A stretch of 64,000 nt of DNA. Origin: Nemertoderma westbladi. Lineage: Eukaryota; Animalia; Xenacoelomorpha. Position 1 is the first letter of the stretch. Each line of letters starts with the position of its first letter. Below are positions 12,105 through 25,036 of this stretch, in pieces. Made by a program: the position numbers and the translations under genes. Under the pieces are notes generated by a model. That model worked only from the letters and a program-made list of their open reading frames with translations, made no database searches and was not told where the DNA came from. The stretch spans positions 1 to 64,000 of the forward strand of contig JAUCBJ010006261.1 in assembly GCA_032718475.1 (NCBI GenBank). The letters are read 5' to 3'.

Positions 12105-12654
12105 GGTTGTGGGCACCGCAAGCGCCACGTAGATGGAGGTAGAGTTAGTAAGAGGGTACGTAGTACCGGTTGTGGTTGTGGGCACCGCAAACGCCACGTA
12201 GATGGAGGTAGAGTTAGTAAGAGGGTACGTAGTACCGGTTGTGGTTGTGGGCACCGCAAGCGCCACGTAGATGGAGGTAGAGTTAGTAAGAGGGTACGTA
12301 GTACTGGTTGTGGTTGTGGGCACCGCAAGCGCCACATAGATGGAGGTAGAGTTAGTAAGAGGGTACGTAGTACCGGTTGTGGTTGTGGGCACCGCAAGCG
12401 CCACGTAGATGGAGGTAGAGTTAGTAAGAGGGTACGTAGTACCGGTTTTGGTTGTGGGCACTGCAAGCGCCACGTAGATGGAGGTAGAGTTAGTAAGAGG
12501 GTATGTAGTACCGGTTGTGGTTGTGGGCACCGCAAGCACCACGTAGATGGAGGTAGAGTTAGTAAGAGGGTACATAGTACCGGTTGTGGTTGTGGGCACT
12601 GCAAGCTCCACGTAGATGGAGGTAGAGTTAGTAAGAGGGTACGTAGTACCGGTT
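12105..12654. repeat. 69-bp minisatellite, about 8 copies, inside element A
   Basis: Unit GGTTGTGGGCACCGCAAGCGCCACGTAGATGGAGGTAGAGTTAGTAAGAGGGTACGTAGTACCGGTTGT. Confidence 0.95.
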
Positions 12655-12764
12655 AGTAAGAGTTAGTAGTAGTCCACATAATTAACATACCCACTTTGCC
12701 GGCACTCAGAGCATCACGTGCAGGTAGGGGAGTTAGTGAGAGTAGTAAGAGGGTACGTAGTACC

Positions 12765-13035
12765 ATTAGTTAGAGGTAGAGAGTCAGTAGAGTTAGTTAG
12801 AGGTAGAGAGTCAGTAGAGTTAGTTAGAGGTAGAGAGTCAGTAGAGTTAGTAGAGGTAGAGAGTCAGTAGAGTAAGTAGAGGTAGAAAGTTAGAGAGTTG
12901 GAGAGTTAGTAGAGGTAGAGAGTTAGTAGAAGTTAGAGAGTCAGTAGAGTTAGAGAGCTAGGGAGTTAGTAGAGCTAGTCAGTAGAGTTAGAGAGCTAGG
13001 GAGTTAGTAGAGCTAGTGGAGTAGAGTTAGTAGAG
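12765..13035. repeat. Low-complexity AGAGTTAGT-type repeats
   Basis: Short reiterated purine-rich units. Confidence 0.8.
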
Positions 13036-14599
13036 CTAGTTAGCAGAGTTAGTAGCACCTCCAAACTACAGAAGGGCCTTCGGAGGTCTGGTAGACCACC
13101 CGGGGCTGGAGGGCGAGTCGGTGTAATACAACAGCCGGCATCTAGTAGACAGGGAGGTGGATACACATATCAGAGGTGGGAGAAGCCAGAAGCGGATAGA
13201 CTTGAGGGGAAGCGACTGGAAGAAGTCGCCAGGCGAGGAAGGCGGAGAGAGAGTAGTGAGTAGTAGGAATGAAACGCGTTATGTAGACGAGCTTATAATA
13301 TAATATATAATAACAATAATTATAATCTTACAATAATTATATAATATTCGTATATATATTATACAATGTACCGTAGTCAAGCGCAACCTTTTTCCAATTA
13401 GCTACTGGGACTGGGGACTGACTGACTAGGGCGACAGGACGGGACTTAGACGGCTCCCACTAACATGATGTACACATGTGTGGGACCCAATAAGTGTGTG
13501 GTCATTGAACAACAGGGCGGAGCTCAGGATTTATTGTGAAAGCTCGTATCCTGCGGGATAAGAATCGTGCAGATGGGCACTACCGGGATACGAGTAGGAG
13601 GGGCACTTGGTGGGACCACAGGCGTGGAGAGTGAGGAGTATGAGAGGAGTATGGGGAGGATGGATGCTATCTTCTCACCGGGAAGATAGCATGGGGGGGA
13701 GTGTGAGCGTATTCAATTCCGCTTCACCAAACCCCATAAAGTGGGAAAGAGGGCCTTTAAGCAATATTGGGAAGCACGAGGTTGATTGCCAATCAACCTC
13801 GTACCACCCCCAATAAGCGGGGACGACAAACCCCAAAGGGCCTCACACAATAGAGGTTAGAGGTCAAGGAGAGAGAGTAACAGCAGTGGGGGGGGGGGGG
13901 GGGGGAAACACTCCCACAAAGTTCAGGGCGAGAATTAGGTTACTAGCCAATGGGGGGACAGCAGGGCATCAGCAGAGTAATACGGCCACTGGTGCAATAT
14001 ATATATATTACCGGTATCTGTGTTATTTGCTCACTTTAGCTAGTCAGTGCAGTTAGGGTGGAACGGGAACTTCTATCACCATCCGATACCGCCACCACAT
14101 GCAATACTTATTACCGGTTTAGTTATTAGTCAGTAATCCTATACTCAATACTGTGCTCAGTTTACTTATTCAATATCATATGATATCATATGCATCAATC
14201 AAAGAACTTCAGAACTCTTAACGAACCTTTTCATATACACGGCGGGGACGCGTAGATCGAAAATCCAAACGGATAAATCGGGATCCGTAGATCCCGTCAC
14301 AGGTGTTAAAAGATTGGATGTTACGATATGGAATAAAACGAAATATTACACATTCGTGGGGCCTTCGCGCAGCACGAGGCCCAGTTATGAGATACAAATT
14401 AAAACTGAGCGACTGTATCACAAAATCAGTATTTGAGAAATTTACCCACACCACCAATAAATTAAAGAAAGGGGTACAGTACGTGTTCATCCCTTTTAAT
14501 CTGCCCCCCCCCTTCCCACCCACCAACACATAACCGCGACATCTACCACCCACGGAAGGGTAGCACGAACTTATTTCCAATCGCACGTTCAATATGCAA

Positions 14600-15030
14600 A
14601 GCCAGGTGGTTTATAGGAATATAATAAACGCAGTACTCGTTTTCATTATAAGCCTCGTTGCGTTCGTCCTGTTTTGAATTTAAATATATTTCTTAAACGC
14701 AGGCTAGAATGATCTTTATAATAATAATAACTAGGGATGCGATCAATGTGTGAAGCAGGGTGGTTTATATAATAAAAATATAGTCAATGCAGTACTCCTC
14801 TTCTTTATAAGCCTCGTTGTGCTCGTCCTGTTTTGTATTTAAATATATTTCCTAAACGCAGACTGACGATCTTTATAACTACCGATGCGTTATCAATAGG
14901 CGCAGCCAGGTATGGTTTATAGGAATATAGTCTACGCAGTACTCGTCTTCATTATATGCCTCGTTGCGCTCGTTGCTCGCCCTGTGTTGTCATAAAATAT
15001 TTTTCCTAAACGCAGACTGACGACCTTTAT
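14600..15030. repeat. Diverged tandem repeat of about 150 bp, 3 copies
   Basis: Recurrent GCAGTACTC...GCCTCGTTG...CCTAAACGCAG blocks. Confidence 0.75.
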
Positions 15031-15176
15031 ACAGTTATAACTATGCGAAGTTTCGAAACTGTGCGAGTAACTGCTGATACATCTATGTGGAGATGTGTGA
15101 TACAACGCCAACGCATTGTATGCCGATGTAGTAATATGGGGATTTAAATAATATTTAAATCAATGTACACTCTTAA

Positions 15177-16671
15177 CCCTATTAAACCCGGGGGGGGGGG
15201 GGGTCAATATGACCCCCCCCCCGTGGTTTTTTTATTATAATTCTGAAACAAACGCAGTTGGGAATCTGAAATTTTATGACTTTTCCTAAAAATCTATTGT
15301 CTTCCTGGTAGTGAAAACCGTTTTCAAAAATATTGGGTACTTTTCGAGTTATAGCACCATTTTTTAACCTTACTTTTGGCACTTTTTTTGAGACGTTTTT
15401 TGAAAATTACATTTCATTAAATATGAATTGTAACATCTCTATTTTTTATTTACACCGGTTTTTTGGTGTTAGAAATTTGATGGAATTCATATAAATTGAT
15501 TTAGAAATTTCAAACTTGTTTTTTTCGGTGGGTGCCAAATTTTGGTGAAAGCACCAATTTTTGAAATAAGTCAATTTTGTAAATTGATCGTTTGAAACTT
15601 GTTTTTTTACGCAATTGGGGTTTTTTGAGTTTCTGGATTCGATGAAATATATACGAGTTGCACCAAGCGTATCAAACTTGTATTTTTCGGTGCTGTGTGC
15701 AAATTTTGGTGCTAGCACGAAATTTTGAAAATCCATTCAATAGATAAAATTGCTTGTGACAATTTATTTCTTGCGTTTTAGAAGTTTATGGCTGTTCTGA
15801 ATTCAATGGAAAATATAATTATCGAACTAGACATCTCAAACTTGTATTTTTCGGATGTGGGTGCAAAATGTGGTGCTAGCACAAAATTTTGAAAACCATC
15901 AAATATATAAATTGATTGTGTCACCTTGTTTCTTGCGTTATACGGGTTTGTGATGGTTCTAAATTCAATGGAATCAGTAAAAATTTCATAAGAGTTCTCA
16001 AACTTGTATTTTTCGCCGGTGGGTGAAAATTGTTGTGCCAGCACCAAATTTTGGAAAATATGCAAATTGATAAGTAGATAGTATCACCTTGTTTCTTGCG
16101 TTATACGTGTTTATGAGGGTCCTGAATCCGATGAAATCAATAAAAACAGCACTGGACATCGCAAACTTGTACTTTTTGGTGATGGGTATGAAATTTGGTG
16201 CTAGCACCAAAATTTGACAAATTACGCCGAAAAATACAAGTAGCAATGATCTGGCATATTAGAAATGTATTCCATTAGAATCAGCGCCCTCGAAAACCTG
16301 AAAATGTGAATTTATAGCATCGTATAAGTTAATTAAAAATTTTGTGTTCTAACTGAAAAGTGCTGGTTACTTGTTTTTTTCATTTTTTTTCCTACGCAGA
16401 GAGGACTAAACAGCCATTTATAGTAATCATATCATTTTTTAATATTTTCCAATGTATTTTGCACCCAAGAAAACCTGTATTGAAAAATAATTAACCGAAA
16501 ATGTAACTTTCAAATTTGGTAAAAATTGTGCACTACTTGTAATTTTGGTGCTGCAATATAACCACACCAGTACATTTTTTCGAAAATTTTTTTCTGCGGT
16601 CGAATCCAGACAAGTGATACCTACGTACAAACAAAAAATCAGACGTTTTCGTAAATATTTGTAGATTTTAG
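15177..16671. mobile_element. Non-autonomous TTAA-type (piggyBac-like) element, copy 1, right-truncated
   Basis: TTAA|CCCTATTA start; internal sub-repeats; matches 18824-20275. Confidence 0.7.
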
Positions 16672-17500
16672 AGGTGCCGGTGCCGTTGGTCGTACCAATA
16701 TATAGTCTTTAATTAACATATTTAACCGTTAACAAGAGTAGAAACCGCAAACAAAGAAATTCATTTTCTTCCGTCGCTGACAAGAGCGTAGAAATGTGGT
16801 ATGCCTATAGTGCTGCTCAGTACCGGTAGCGTACCGGTAGTTCTGTAGTTGGCAGTTGCTACCAGTCCGGTTCTACAGTCTGACAGTAGTAGGGCGGTAC
16901 GGCGCCAACGGACCCTCTAATCGAATTCAGGACCGCAGTCCAGCACTCCGGAGTCCACACTGCCAGACTGCAGTGCATAGCACAGTAGCATGGCTAATTA
17001 GGGCCTACAGAATTAGGCTTGTTCTGTCTGCCTGTACCAGTATACGTGATCTATAATCACTGCACCGGTATCGCGGTACCAGTCAGCCAGTACCGTAAAA
17101 CACCGAATACAGTATGGTATTGCAGTATTGCTGTATTGTCTCATTGCAGGATTCCTGATTCAGGGATTGACATTGAGTATAGTACCGGTACAGGCAGACA
17201 GGCCACAATGGTATTACTGCAGTACTGTAATTTCGTAATTTGCTAGAAACCCAGCTGATTTAGTCTCCTAGCAACCTGCTGATGTCAAGCGTTATAATTT
17301 TGGATAAATAAATGTATTATAACTGTAAGACAGTTTCACTGGTGCTGCACGAAGGCCCCAAGCAAATTCAACTTGGAAAATTTCTAAACTTTTGACAGAC
17401 TATTTGTGTACCAAGTTTGGTTACATTTCATCGAGGATTGATCGAGTTATTAACGTTCAAAATTGAACAGCGCAAAAAAAGCGACAGAACGACAGAACGA

Positions 17501-17670
17501 CAGGTTGATTAATGGTACCCTTACGCTAAGGCTCACTCACTTCGTGGCTCGCCCCACAGGTTGATTAATGGTACCACTACGCTAAGGCTCACTCACTTCG
17601 TGGCTCGCCCCACAGGTTGATTAATGGTACCACTACGCTAAGGCTCACTCACTTCGTGGCTCGCCCCACA
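17501..17670. repeat. 56-bp tandem repeat, 3 copies
   Basis: CAGGTTGATTAATGGTACCACTACGCTAAGGCTCACTCACTTCGTGGCTCGCCCCA. Confidence 0.93.
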
Positions 17671-17789
17671 ATAATCATTTTCTTCTTTTTCGTGAAGCAA
17701 TGATTCAAATTTCCAATGCCCTGCTGCTGTACATTCAATATAGAAGAAATGTAGAATTCTCAGCTCTTAACAAGTACATTTGTTGGGTG

Positions 17790-17950
17790 AATTCTTAGCC
17801 CGCGAGTATTCTTAGCTCGCGAGTTAGTAAAGGAGCAGGTTAGCAAAGGAGCAGGTATCAGAGGAGTATTGGGGGAACCAAAACAATAAACGTTATTGTT
17901 TCGCGCGCTAAGAATACCCACGGGCTAAGAATACTCGCATGCTAAGAATT
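17790..17950. repeat. Small inverted-repeat (MITE-like) element
   Basis: ATTCTTAGC units on the left face GCTAAGAAT units on the right. Confidence 0.6.
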
Positions 17951-18203
17951 GGGGAGATAAGAGATAAGAGATAAGAATTAGATTTTAAATCTGTTTAACA
18001 TTATTGTAATGTTAGGAGAGACTTTTGGCGTTTAAATGTAAAAAATTAAATAAAGTATATGTTTTAAGTTTCACTCTCAACATCATCTAATTGAATATCA
18101 GGAATATCAATAATTTTTTGGGTTTCCAGTCTTTTGGACAATTATTATATTATTATAAACTAAATTAGAATGAAGGAGTTGAAATAGTTATTTAAATACT
18201 TAC

Positions 18204-18326
18204 CAGTGCAAGATACACCATTTCCCAAATAGCCGTAATTGCAAGCACAGCTGAATCCACCAACAGTATTTGTGCAGCTAGCATCAATGTGGCAATTATC
18301 AGTATCGGTATCACATTCATCAATAT
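18204..18326 (-). CDS. Host-gene exon, calcium-binding EGF domain
   Basis: TTTAG|...|GTAAGT, 123 bp, phase 1-1, DIDECDTDTDNCHIDASCTNTVGGFSCACNYGYLGNGVSCT matches the cbEGF consensus. Confidence 0.92.
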
Positions 18327-18823
18327 CTAAAGCATAAAATAGTACCAATAATTTGTGAGTGAATAATACCAAACCAATAAAGAGCGTAGTTAAGGGAGTA
18401 CCAACAGTGGATGTAATACTGGCTAGCCACTGAGTTACTGTGTGGTATGACAAGTGTGTCAGAGTAATGATGAACAAACAAACAGTGAGAAAGCAATATG
18501 AGAGTACAAAACACATTAATTACTGCATATTAGTTGAAGCCAAATGGGTGCAATATTTATAGATTGTGGTTATTGTAAAATAGGAAAGTATAGTAGGTAT
18601 ACGGTAATCATTGTTGTACAAACAAAGGGGACAATATTGCTTGGGAGTTGGCAAGACATTCACAGTCAGGATGAGTATCTATTAATGGTACTATTTGGTG
18701 TATTTAACATGTCGATATTGGATGCGGAGTTTCATTCTTGAGTGTGATTCTGTATCAAGTATCACCCCTCTTTCATTACATTGCTCTGCTATTTAAGCTA
18801 TGACATTTGTTTATTGGTGTATA

Positions 18824-20347
18824 CCCGTGGTTTTTTTATTATAATTCTGATACAAACGCAGTTGGGAATCTGAAATTTTACGAATTTTCATAAAAATCTA
18901 TTGTCTTCCTAGTAGTGAAAACCGTTTTCAAAAATATTGGGTAGTTTTCGAGTTATTGAACCATTTTTTAACCCTACTTTTGGCACTTTTTTTTGAGACG
19001 TTTTTTGAAAATTACATTTCATTAAATATGAATTGTAACATCTCCATTTTTGATTTACACCGGTTTTTTGGTGTTAGCAATTGGATGGAATTCATATAAA
19101 TTGATTTAGAAATTTCAAACTTGAATTTTTCGGCGGGTGCCAAATTTTGGTGCCAGCACCAAATTTTGAAATATGTCAATTTTGAAAATTGATTGTTTGA
19201 AACTTGTTTTTTACGCAATTGGGGTTTTTTGGGGTTCTCGTTTCGATGAAATATATACGATTTCACCAAGCGTATCAAACTAGTATTTTTCGGTGCTGTG
19301 TGCAATTTTTGGTGCTAGCACGAAATTTTGAAAATCCATTCAATAGATAAAATTGCTTGTGACATTTTATTTCTTGCGTTTTCGAGGTTTATGGCTGTTC
19401 TGAATTCAATGGAATATATAATTATCGAACTAGACATCTCAAAGTTGTATTTTTCGGATGTGGGTGCAAAATGTGGTGCTAGCACCAAATTTTGAAAACC
19501 ATCAAGTATATCAATTGATTGTGTCACCTTGTTTCTTGCGTTATACGGGTTTGTGAGGGTTTTGAATTCAATGGAATCAGTAAAAATTTCATAAGAGTTT
19601 TCAAACTTGTATTTTTCGCCGGTGGGTGAAAATTGTTGGGCCAGCACCAAATTTTGGAAAATAAGCAAATTGATCAGTAGATAGTATCATCTTGTTTCTT
19701 GCGTTATACGGGTTTATGAAGGTCCTGAATCCGATGGAATCAATAAAAACAGCACTGGACATCGCAAACTTGTACTTTTTTGTGATGGGTACGAAATTTG
19801 GTGCTAGCACCAAGATTTGCCAAATTACGCCGAAAAATACAAGTATCAATAATTTGGCATATTAGAAATGTATTCCATTAGAATCAGCGCCCTAGAAAAC
19901 CTATAAATGTGAATTTATAGCATCGTATAAGTGAATTAAAAATTTTGTGTTCTAACTGAAAAGTGCTGGTTATTTGTTTTTTTCATTTTTTTCCTACGCA
20001 GAGAGGACTAAACAGCCATTTATAGTAATCATATCATTTTTTAATATTTTCCAATGTATTTTGCACCCCAGAAAACCTGTATTGAAAACTAATTAGCCGA
20101 AAATGTAACTTTCAAATTTGGTGAAAATTGTGCACTACTTGTAATTTTGGTGCTGCAATATAACCACTCCAATACATTTTTTCGAAAATTTTTTTTTTCG
20201 GTCGGATCCAGACAAGTGATACCTACGTACAAACAAAAAATCAGACGTTTTCGTAAATATTTGTAGATTTTAGAGGGGGGGGGGGGGGGGTCAATATGAC
20301 ACCCTCCCGGTATTTGCACAACATTTTATAGCCCGGTACTAATAGGG
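18824..20347. mobile_element. Non-autonomous TTAA-type element, copy 2, left-truncated (a third fragment at 20443-20722)
   Basis: Ends TAATAGGG|TTAA, the inverse of the copy 1 start. Confidence 0.7.
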
Positions 20348-20430
20348 TTAAAGGACACTGGCTTTGAAGATGCGGATGATCTAGCAAATGTCATGTGTGA
20401 TAGGGAGTTGTAGCGGCGCAATTTTGTCGA
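20348..20430 (+). mobile_element. Fragment of the same RTE-like LINE family as 51633-53293
   Basis: Matches 53150-53232. Confidence 0.8.
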
Positions 20431-20740
20431 TATATTTTGTCGAATATTTTCCAATGTATTTTGCGCCCCAGAAAACCTGTATTGAAAAACAATTAGCCGA
20501 AAAATGTAACTTTCAAATTTTGTGAAAATTGTGCACTACTTGTAATTTTGGTGCAGCAATATAACCACCCCGGTAGATTTTTTCGAAATTTTTTTTTCGG
20601 TCGTATCCAGACTACTGATACCTACGTACGTTTTCGTAAAAATTTGTAGATTTTAGAGGGGGGGGGGGGGGGGGGGGGGTGGTCAATATGACTCCCTCCC
20701 GGTATTTGTACAACATTTTATAGTCTACCCATTTACTACC

Positions 20741-20925
20741 CGGACAATTGCGACCTGGACAATACGACCCAGACAATTGCGACCTGGACAATACGACCCA
20801 GACAATTGCGACCCAGTCAATTGCGACCCATCAATTTCTTCTAAAATCATGGGTCGCAATTGACCAGGTCGCAATTGTCCTGGTCGCAATTTTCCGGGTC
20901 GCAATTGTCCAGTTCGCAATTGTCC
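20741..20925. repeat. Fold-back MITE-like element built from about 15-bp units
   Basis: GACAATTGCGACC units face GGTCGCAATTGTC units. Confidence 0.8.
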
Positions 20926-21639
20926 TAACATCGCTGAGCGACCCTACCCTGCAAGGGGTAGACAAACTACCTGTTCCCGGGCACCAGCAGGAGGTCTGTA
21001 ATAGTGGGCGGCTGTGGTGCGCAGTTGTGATTCGACCTCCGCTTCCCAGAGACTCTTGAATCATCATCATCAATGGAGCTCGAACGAGCTCGTGTATTAT
21101 TCGCATAATGGGATACCACAATATTTAATTATAAAATCATTGCACCAGTGAACGTTTGTTTGTAATTTTTGTTTTGTTCTGATGTAATATGGTTTTAGGG
21201 GGTGCGTTATTCGTTTTATGTTCTGTTCAAAAAAAAAGGAGAGAAAGCAGTAGCATAGCTAGTTTTGCCTCTTACCTTCTTTTTCTCAGAGAATCGTGAT
21301 GTGGTACACCGGTTGGGTTATTATGGTGATGTCGGCCAGTGATCCTGAGTATATTCTGCGATGCCATATATCAGCGCAATTTTTCTAATAATAGTAACTG
21401 TATTGTAATGTGCCGAAATTTCAGTTTTAAATTTTATTTTAAGTTTATTTTTCTAATAATAGTAACTGTATTGTATTGTGCCGAAATTGCAATTTTAATT
21501 TTATTTTAAATTTCGTTTACGGTGTAAATAAAAAAAAAAGAAAAAAAAAATGTTAGTTCATATATTATTTAGTCATGATGCAAATAGCGTTGACGATGAC
21601 GATGGAGTGATAGCATTACGAAGTTACGAAATTTAGGAT

Positions 21640-21990
21640 AATTTTTATTTATTTTATAATTTAATAGTGATACGCAACTATATTGGAATTAAAGTTCACT
21701 TAACATATGAAGTTTTAATTTTCTAGCTAGTGTGTTTTTTGATTTGCACATTTTAAATTCTGTTTTTAGTGAGTTCCATATGATTGCACCGCTGTATTTT
21801 AGAGAGTTTTGGGTTGATATTAGTCTGGTACGTGGAATAAAGTAGTTTTTGGATGTAGTGGATCGAGTTGTATAATTGTGGATATCTGAAGTTTGTGTAA
21901 ATAGGGCCGTTATAAATTGCTTTTTTTTGTTATTGTAAATGTCCCACATAAGTTTTGTTACTTCTAGGTTATAGATTTTCGATAGGCAAG
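21640..21990 (-). mobile_element. 3' fragment of CR1/L2-like LINE
   Basis: HNYTTRS...SLKYSGAIIWNSL...KLKLH is a typical ORF2 C-terminus. Confidence 0.7.
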
Positions 21991-23060
21991 ATATTAAGGC
22001 TCCATCAGTGGAGTGAGTCTACCTCCTATAAGTCAAGATTGACTAGTATCTGTGACGGGATCAGAGATCCCGACCGGGTAGGTTGTTCGTACGCGTCACC
22101 GCAGGCTGGGATGTTGTCAGTAATATATTACTAGCCCACTGCATCACGGTCACCCGTAGCCCATCATTACCATCCATTTCTAGTACTGCATCCAATCAGA
22201 AGCCACCATTTCAACCTTTACCAGTGGTCGTTATTATTTCAGCCAATCAGATGACAGCATTTCATCCGTAACCATGGTAACTTCTCAAGTTCCCGCTTAT
22301 TCCGCTAGAGGCGTTATTAGTCACCCAACGCTAGTTCTGCATCCAATCACCAACCTTTATTTTACAAGTGTTCGGGTGTCTACACTTAGCATCAGGTAAC
22401 TTCTACTATTTTTCAAATCGTAATTTTTCAGCAACCAGAATTTTCATATTCACCAACCATTGCATATTCATCTTCATGTAGCCTAACCTCACGATGCAAG
22501 GCTAGCCCCCAACCCATCGCTACTCAATCCACGGCTGTTACCCACCCAACCACCCACCAACCAACCAATCAACAGCGATGCTTGCCTAACCCTACGGTTA
22601 TTCACATTTTCGCCACGTTACCACCACTACCACGTTACCACCACCACTGTATACTGTATATGGTGACAACGTGGCCATCTACTCGCATCACGCATATATT
22701 ATATTATATTGATTGCCAACTCCTCGACTGCTGTCGCCAAACCAACCACCCAGTATGATACATGAAATTCCACCATGTTCCCGCTACGTGTATACGTACA
22801 TTAGTGATTATTATTATTATGCAATAATTTTTGATTATACAGTAGTTCCCTACCGACTAATCAACCAATCAATAAACCGAATTTAGGCTATTTCTCAGTT
22901 TAAGACCTGTATTATTTATGAAAATATCTTATATATAATCTCTTGCTTTAATCACAATTAATCATTTGTAATGGTTTTAGTTTAAAAGTTTTTACTTTGT
23001 TTGTATTGTTTGATTTACAATAAAATAAATTAAATATTGTCTTCTAATTCCGATATGGTT

Positions 23061-23482
23061 ATGCCAATAGTAAGGCATTCATTTTTTGCAGAAGATGGTG
23101 AAGCCTATATATTGTTATTGATTATACAATTTACCGTCGGGGAGATGATAAATATAAAATTGAGTTTTCTGAAAAAGCCAGGAAAGTTTTAAGCTCAATT
23201 GATATTGATGCTTCTGATAATAGTATTCATCTCTTAGATTACAATCTGAAAGTTGAGCATGAGGGAAAATTAATCAATATCTTACTATTATCCATGATAG
23301 AGGGGTTAATTGTTATTACACAATACAACGAAGCTGGTGAAAAGTTTGAAATACGGCTAAATCGCCATAATCCCTACGAAATTATGTCTTTCTTTATTGT
23401 AATGATTTCAAAAGAATCCTTTGTCGAAACTGAAGAATCAACAGATAATGTTGAATATGTTGATAATATCATTGATTCTTGA
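23061..23482 (+). pseudogene. Polinton hypothetical protein, frameshifted near 23110
   Basis: The frame of ORF 23294-23482 is open back to about 23110; an upstream ATG lies in another frame. Confidence 0.4.
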
Positions 23483-23645
23483 CTTTTCCCTCTATATTAT
23501 AAATATTTTATGATTATTTATAAAATTTTAATGTTTTTAAATAATCGAAAATTGTAGTAGTAATTGTATATACAGTATAACAGATTTGTTTGTTGTTGTT
23601 GTGTATTGAGGTAATTATTTTCAATTTACTTTAAAATTTGGAAAA

Positions 23646-24098
23646 ATGGATATTTTAAATGAAAAATGTCCAGTTTGCTATTCTAAGTTATTGCAACAAC
23701 ATCGAGATTATTATAAATGTGAAAATAAACATGCAACTTGCGTACAATGTATTGTACAATATTCCGAAATGAATAATTATTGTTCTAAAATTTGTCCTAT
23801 TTGTCGCGCACCCATATCTAAGTTTAATATAAAGTTGGCAAGTTATCAACCCTATTATTGGAAAGAGCTTCGAAATATAACTTATATTTCTGCGGAAAGT
23901 AATGATCCCGGAGATTTATTTACAATATTGGAGAATATTTTTTATAGAAATGTAGTACGACGGTGTTGCTACTATATTCCTTATTTTTTTAGCAGCGAAC
24001 ATAAAAAAATCATTAGTGCGAAATTCTCGGGAAGTGATTTCCAAACCGCCGACGTTACCTATCATTATTTCGCGTATAAAGATGCTCACCATGCTTGA
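23646..24098 (+). CDS. RING-finger (C3HC4-like) protein
   Basis: CPVC...CENKHATCVQC...CPICR. Confidence 0.82.
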   Translation: MDILNEKCPVCYSKLLQQHRDYYKCENKHATCVQCIVQYSEMNNYCSKICPICRAPISKFNIKLASYQPYYWKELRNITYISAESNDPGDLFTILENIFYRNVVRRCCYYIPYFFSSEHKKIISAKFSGSDFQTADVTYHYFAYKDAHHA

Positions 24099-24314
24099 AA
24101 TTACATCAGTCTATACTATAATTGGAAATAGCACCTTTTGTTGCAGCGAGCGTCACATACTGTAGTTGTGCCATATGTTAATTAAATATACAGTACTCTA
24201 ATATTGTAGTTGCATCAATTATTGTTATATACATAGTAATGGTGATGGTTTATTGATATTGATATTTATATTATATTATATTGTATTGTTGATATATCTT
24301 AATAATAATAATAA

Positions 24315-24999
24315 ATGGCTGACTTTAATTCAGGTCCATATAATTTAAACTTTCAAATGGGAACGAGTATGATAATTTCTGGCCCATCTGGTTCTGGAAA
24401 ATCAACGTTTGTGGGGAATTTAATTAAACACAAGAATGGTTGTTTCAACGAAACCCCCGTATGAGTATTGTATTATTACGGGAGCAATCCCCCGACTATT
24501 CCCGGTATTACTCACCTTTACAAAGGTTTGCCAGAAAATATAGATAGTTTAGTGAATAGTCGAGATTTATTAATTATAGATGATTTATTAACAGAAACTG
24601 AGTCCAGTACAGCTTTAACTGTATTGTTTACTAAGGTAGCTCATCATTCCAATATATTTATTTGTTTTATAACGCAAAACATGTTTTACGGTGGGAAGCA
24701 TAACCGCACAAGATCAATTAATAGCCATACCTTAGTAGTATTAATGAAAAATCCGCGAGACAGTCTTATCGGTTTTAAATTTCGCGAAGCAGATGTTACC
24801 AGGGCAGACCAAATTTTTAGTTAATTCCTATCAAGATGCGACAATTGAACCATTTTCGCATTTCTTAATTGATTTACGACAGGAAACACCCGAACATTTA
24901 AGATTTAGATCGGATATATTTCGTAATCCTAATTGTTACATTAAAAATTACATTGACTATAAACGTAGCGAAAATAATAATAATAATAATGATAAATAA
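24315..24999 (+). pseudogene. Polinton packaging ATPase (A32/FtsK-like)
   Basis: Walker A GPSGSGKS, Walker B LLIIDD, ITQN, KNPRD. Internal TGA near 24462 and a frameshift near 24770-24790. Confidence 0.9.
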
Positions 25000-25036
25000 T
25001 TAATATTTTGTAACAATTTTCAATAATGTTGCAACA

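Larger units (their letters stand above)
8872..14301 (+). mobile_element. Non-autonomous LTR retrotransposon A (no pol)
   Basis: LTRs 8872-9454 and 13702-14301 with TGTGA...TCACA ends. 5-bp TSD GGTGT (8867-8871 / 14302-14306). PPT GGGGGGGAG before the 3' LTR. Confidence 0.93.

Noticed and set aside
12056-12611. Minus-strand repetitive ORFs and CRISPR-like periodicity
   Set aside because: Head-to-tail 69-bp minisatellite with no unique spacers; the ORFs are a by-product of the repeat.
17501-17670. Possible CRISPR array
   Set aside because: Identical tandem units, no spacers, eukaryotic context.
15446-20319. Several short minus-strand ORFs repeated twice
   Set aside because: Translations of sub-repeats in a non-autonomous element; no transposase motifs.
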